Shown here: positions 62,894 through 64,000 of the stretch, one piece after another | How positions within the stretch are numbered: the stretch's first letter is position 1 | How the letters are laid out: every line of letters starts with the position of its first letter | DNA from: Mytilus galloprovincialis | Lineage: Eukaryota | DNA length: 64,000 nt | NCBI RefSeq assembly: GCF_965363235.1 | Contig: NC_134847.1 | Location: 64,044,144 to 64,108,143, forward strand | Direction of reading: 5' to 3' | Notes under the pieces: model-generated | The model's database searches: none | What the model was told of the DNA's origin: nothing | Seen by the model: the letters and a program-made list of their open reading frames with translations, nothing else | Program-made: the position numbers and the translations under genes

Positions 62894-63700
62894 TTCATTT
62901 TTAGCTCACCTGGCCCGAAGGGCCAAGTGAACTTTTCTCATCACTTGGCGTCCGGCGTTCGGCGTCTGTCGTCCGTCGTCCGGCGTCGTTAACTTTTACA
63001 AAAATCTTCTCCTCTGAAACTACTGGGCCAAATTTAACCAAACTTGACCACAATCATCATTAGGGTATCTAGTTTAAAAAATGTGTTCGGTGACCCGGCC
63101 AACCAACCAAGATGGCCGCCATGGCTAAAAATAGAACATAGGGGTAAAATGAAGATTTTGGCTTATAACTCTGAAACCAAAGCATTTAGAGCAAATCTGT
63201 CGGGGTAATATTGTTCATCAGGTCAGGATCTATCTGCCCTGAAATTTTCAGATGAATCGGACATTTCGTTGTTGGGTTGCTGCCCCTGAAATGGTAATTT
63301 TAAGGAAATTTTGCTGTTTTTGGTTATTATCTTGAATATTATTATAGATAAAGATAAACTGTAAACAGCAATAATGTTCAGCAAAGTAAGATCTACAAAT
63401 AAGTCAACATGACCAAAATGGTCAGTTGACCACTTTAGGAGTTATTGCCCTTTATAGTCAATTTTTAACCATTTTTCGTAAATCTTAGTAATCTTTTACA
63501 AAAATCTTCTCCTCTGAAACTACTGGGCCAAGTTCATTATAGATAAAGATAATTGTAAGCAGCAAGAATGTTCAGTAAAGTAAGATTTACAAACACATCA
63601 CCATCACCAAAACACAATTTTGTCATGAATCCATCTGCGTCCTTTGTTTAATATTCACATAGACCAAGGTGAGCGACACAGGCTCTTTAGAGCCTCTAGT
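62894..63700 (+). mobile_element. Second composite element with the same head and tail but a different internal tandem repeat (~500-bp unit x 1.3)
   Basis: The head at 62894-62990 has the same 5' 40 bp plus (CGN)n. The tail at 63668-63700 is caaggtgagcgacacaggctctttagagcctctagt. Internal units start aatcttttacaaaaatcttctcctctgaaactactgggccaa at 62993 and 63490. It contains ccaaccaagatggccgccatgg, which is related to the 166-bp unit core. Confidence 0.65.
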
Positions 63701-64000
63701 TGGCAGTTATAAAAAAAAAAATACAAATTCTAATGTTATTTACAATCAGAACATTTCATGCATTTCTATTTGAAATTCTTGGGTGGTTTTTGGAATAATA
63801 ATATTTCATTAGATTGTTGTGATGCGTTGTTGTGTGGATATGTTGTTGGTCATAATTATAGTCCTACTAAACACATATTTACATGGAGGGATGGCAATAG
63901 TTGGCATTAATTAGATAAGATGGTTGGAAGGACATGTGGAAACCATTTGCTTTCAAAAGCTTTTTCAGATTGTCCAAACTTATAAATGAAAGTAAATGAA

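Overview
The window is an AT-rich, gene-poor eukaryotic region whose interspersed repeat families look like those of bivalve molluscs (mussel/Mytilus-like); that taxon call is pattern recognition, not a database hit. It is not prokaryotic: there are no operon-like ORF runs, and genes are split by GT-AG introns. I can support three protein-coding loci. (1) The 5' part of a CDC5L orthologue (cell division cycle 5-like, Myb/SANT-domain splicing factor) lies on the minus strand. Six coding exons at 8014-8058, 4655-4758, 3644-3805, 2913-3034, 1360-1456 and 751-801 splice in frame to a peptide nearly identical to the human CDC5L N-terminus, and the gene continues past the left edge. (2) An intronless 583-aa RING-less B-box/coiled-coil/NHL-type TRIM-like gene lies at 11540-13291 (+). 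(3) Two calponin-homology (CH1 actin-binding domain) exons of a spectrin-superfamily gene (beta-spectrin/plakin-like) lie at 60148-60209 and 61479-61571 (+). There is also one low-confidence acidic N-terminal exon at 43505-43598. The rest is transposable-element and satellite DNA. Most notable are an internally deleted hAT element (TTF-zinc-finger/DUF4371 + hAT-dimerisation transposase remnants, 20-bp TIRs) inside CDC5L intron 1, and a ~4-kb non-autonomous Transib-like element (68-bp TIRs beginning CAYGGTG, perfect 5-bp TSD AAAAT). There are also two copies of a small MITE with CAGTGGCGGATCCAG termini and perfect 5-bp TSDs, and two composite elements with conserved hairpin ends (ttagctcacctggcccgaagggccaagtgagc ... 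caggtgagcgacacaggctct) that carry different internal satellite-like arrays, one with about 11 copies of a 166-bp unit. Further repeats include a ~150-bp satellite array physically interleaved with the two halves of a MITE, several other TIR/MITE families, SINE-like families, minisatellites, a 5'-truncated LINE tail and long perfect hairpins. No rRNA, tRNA or CRISPR features were found. Most short ORFs in the supplied track are translations of repeats.
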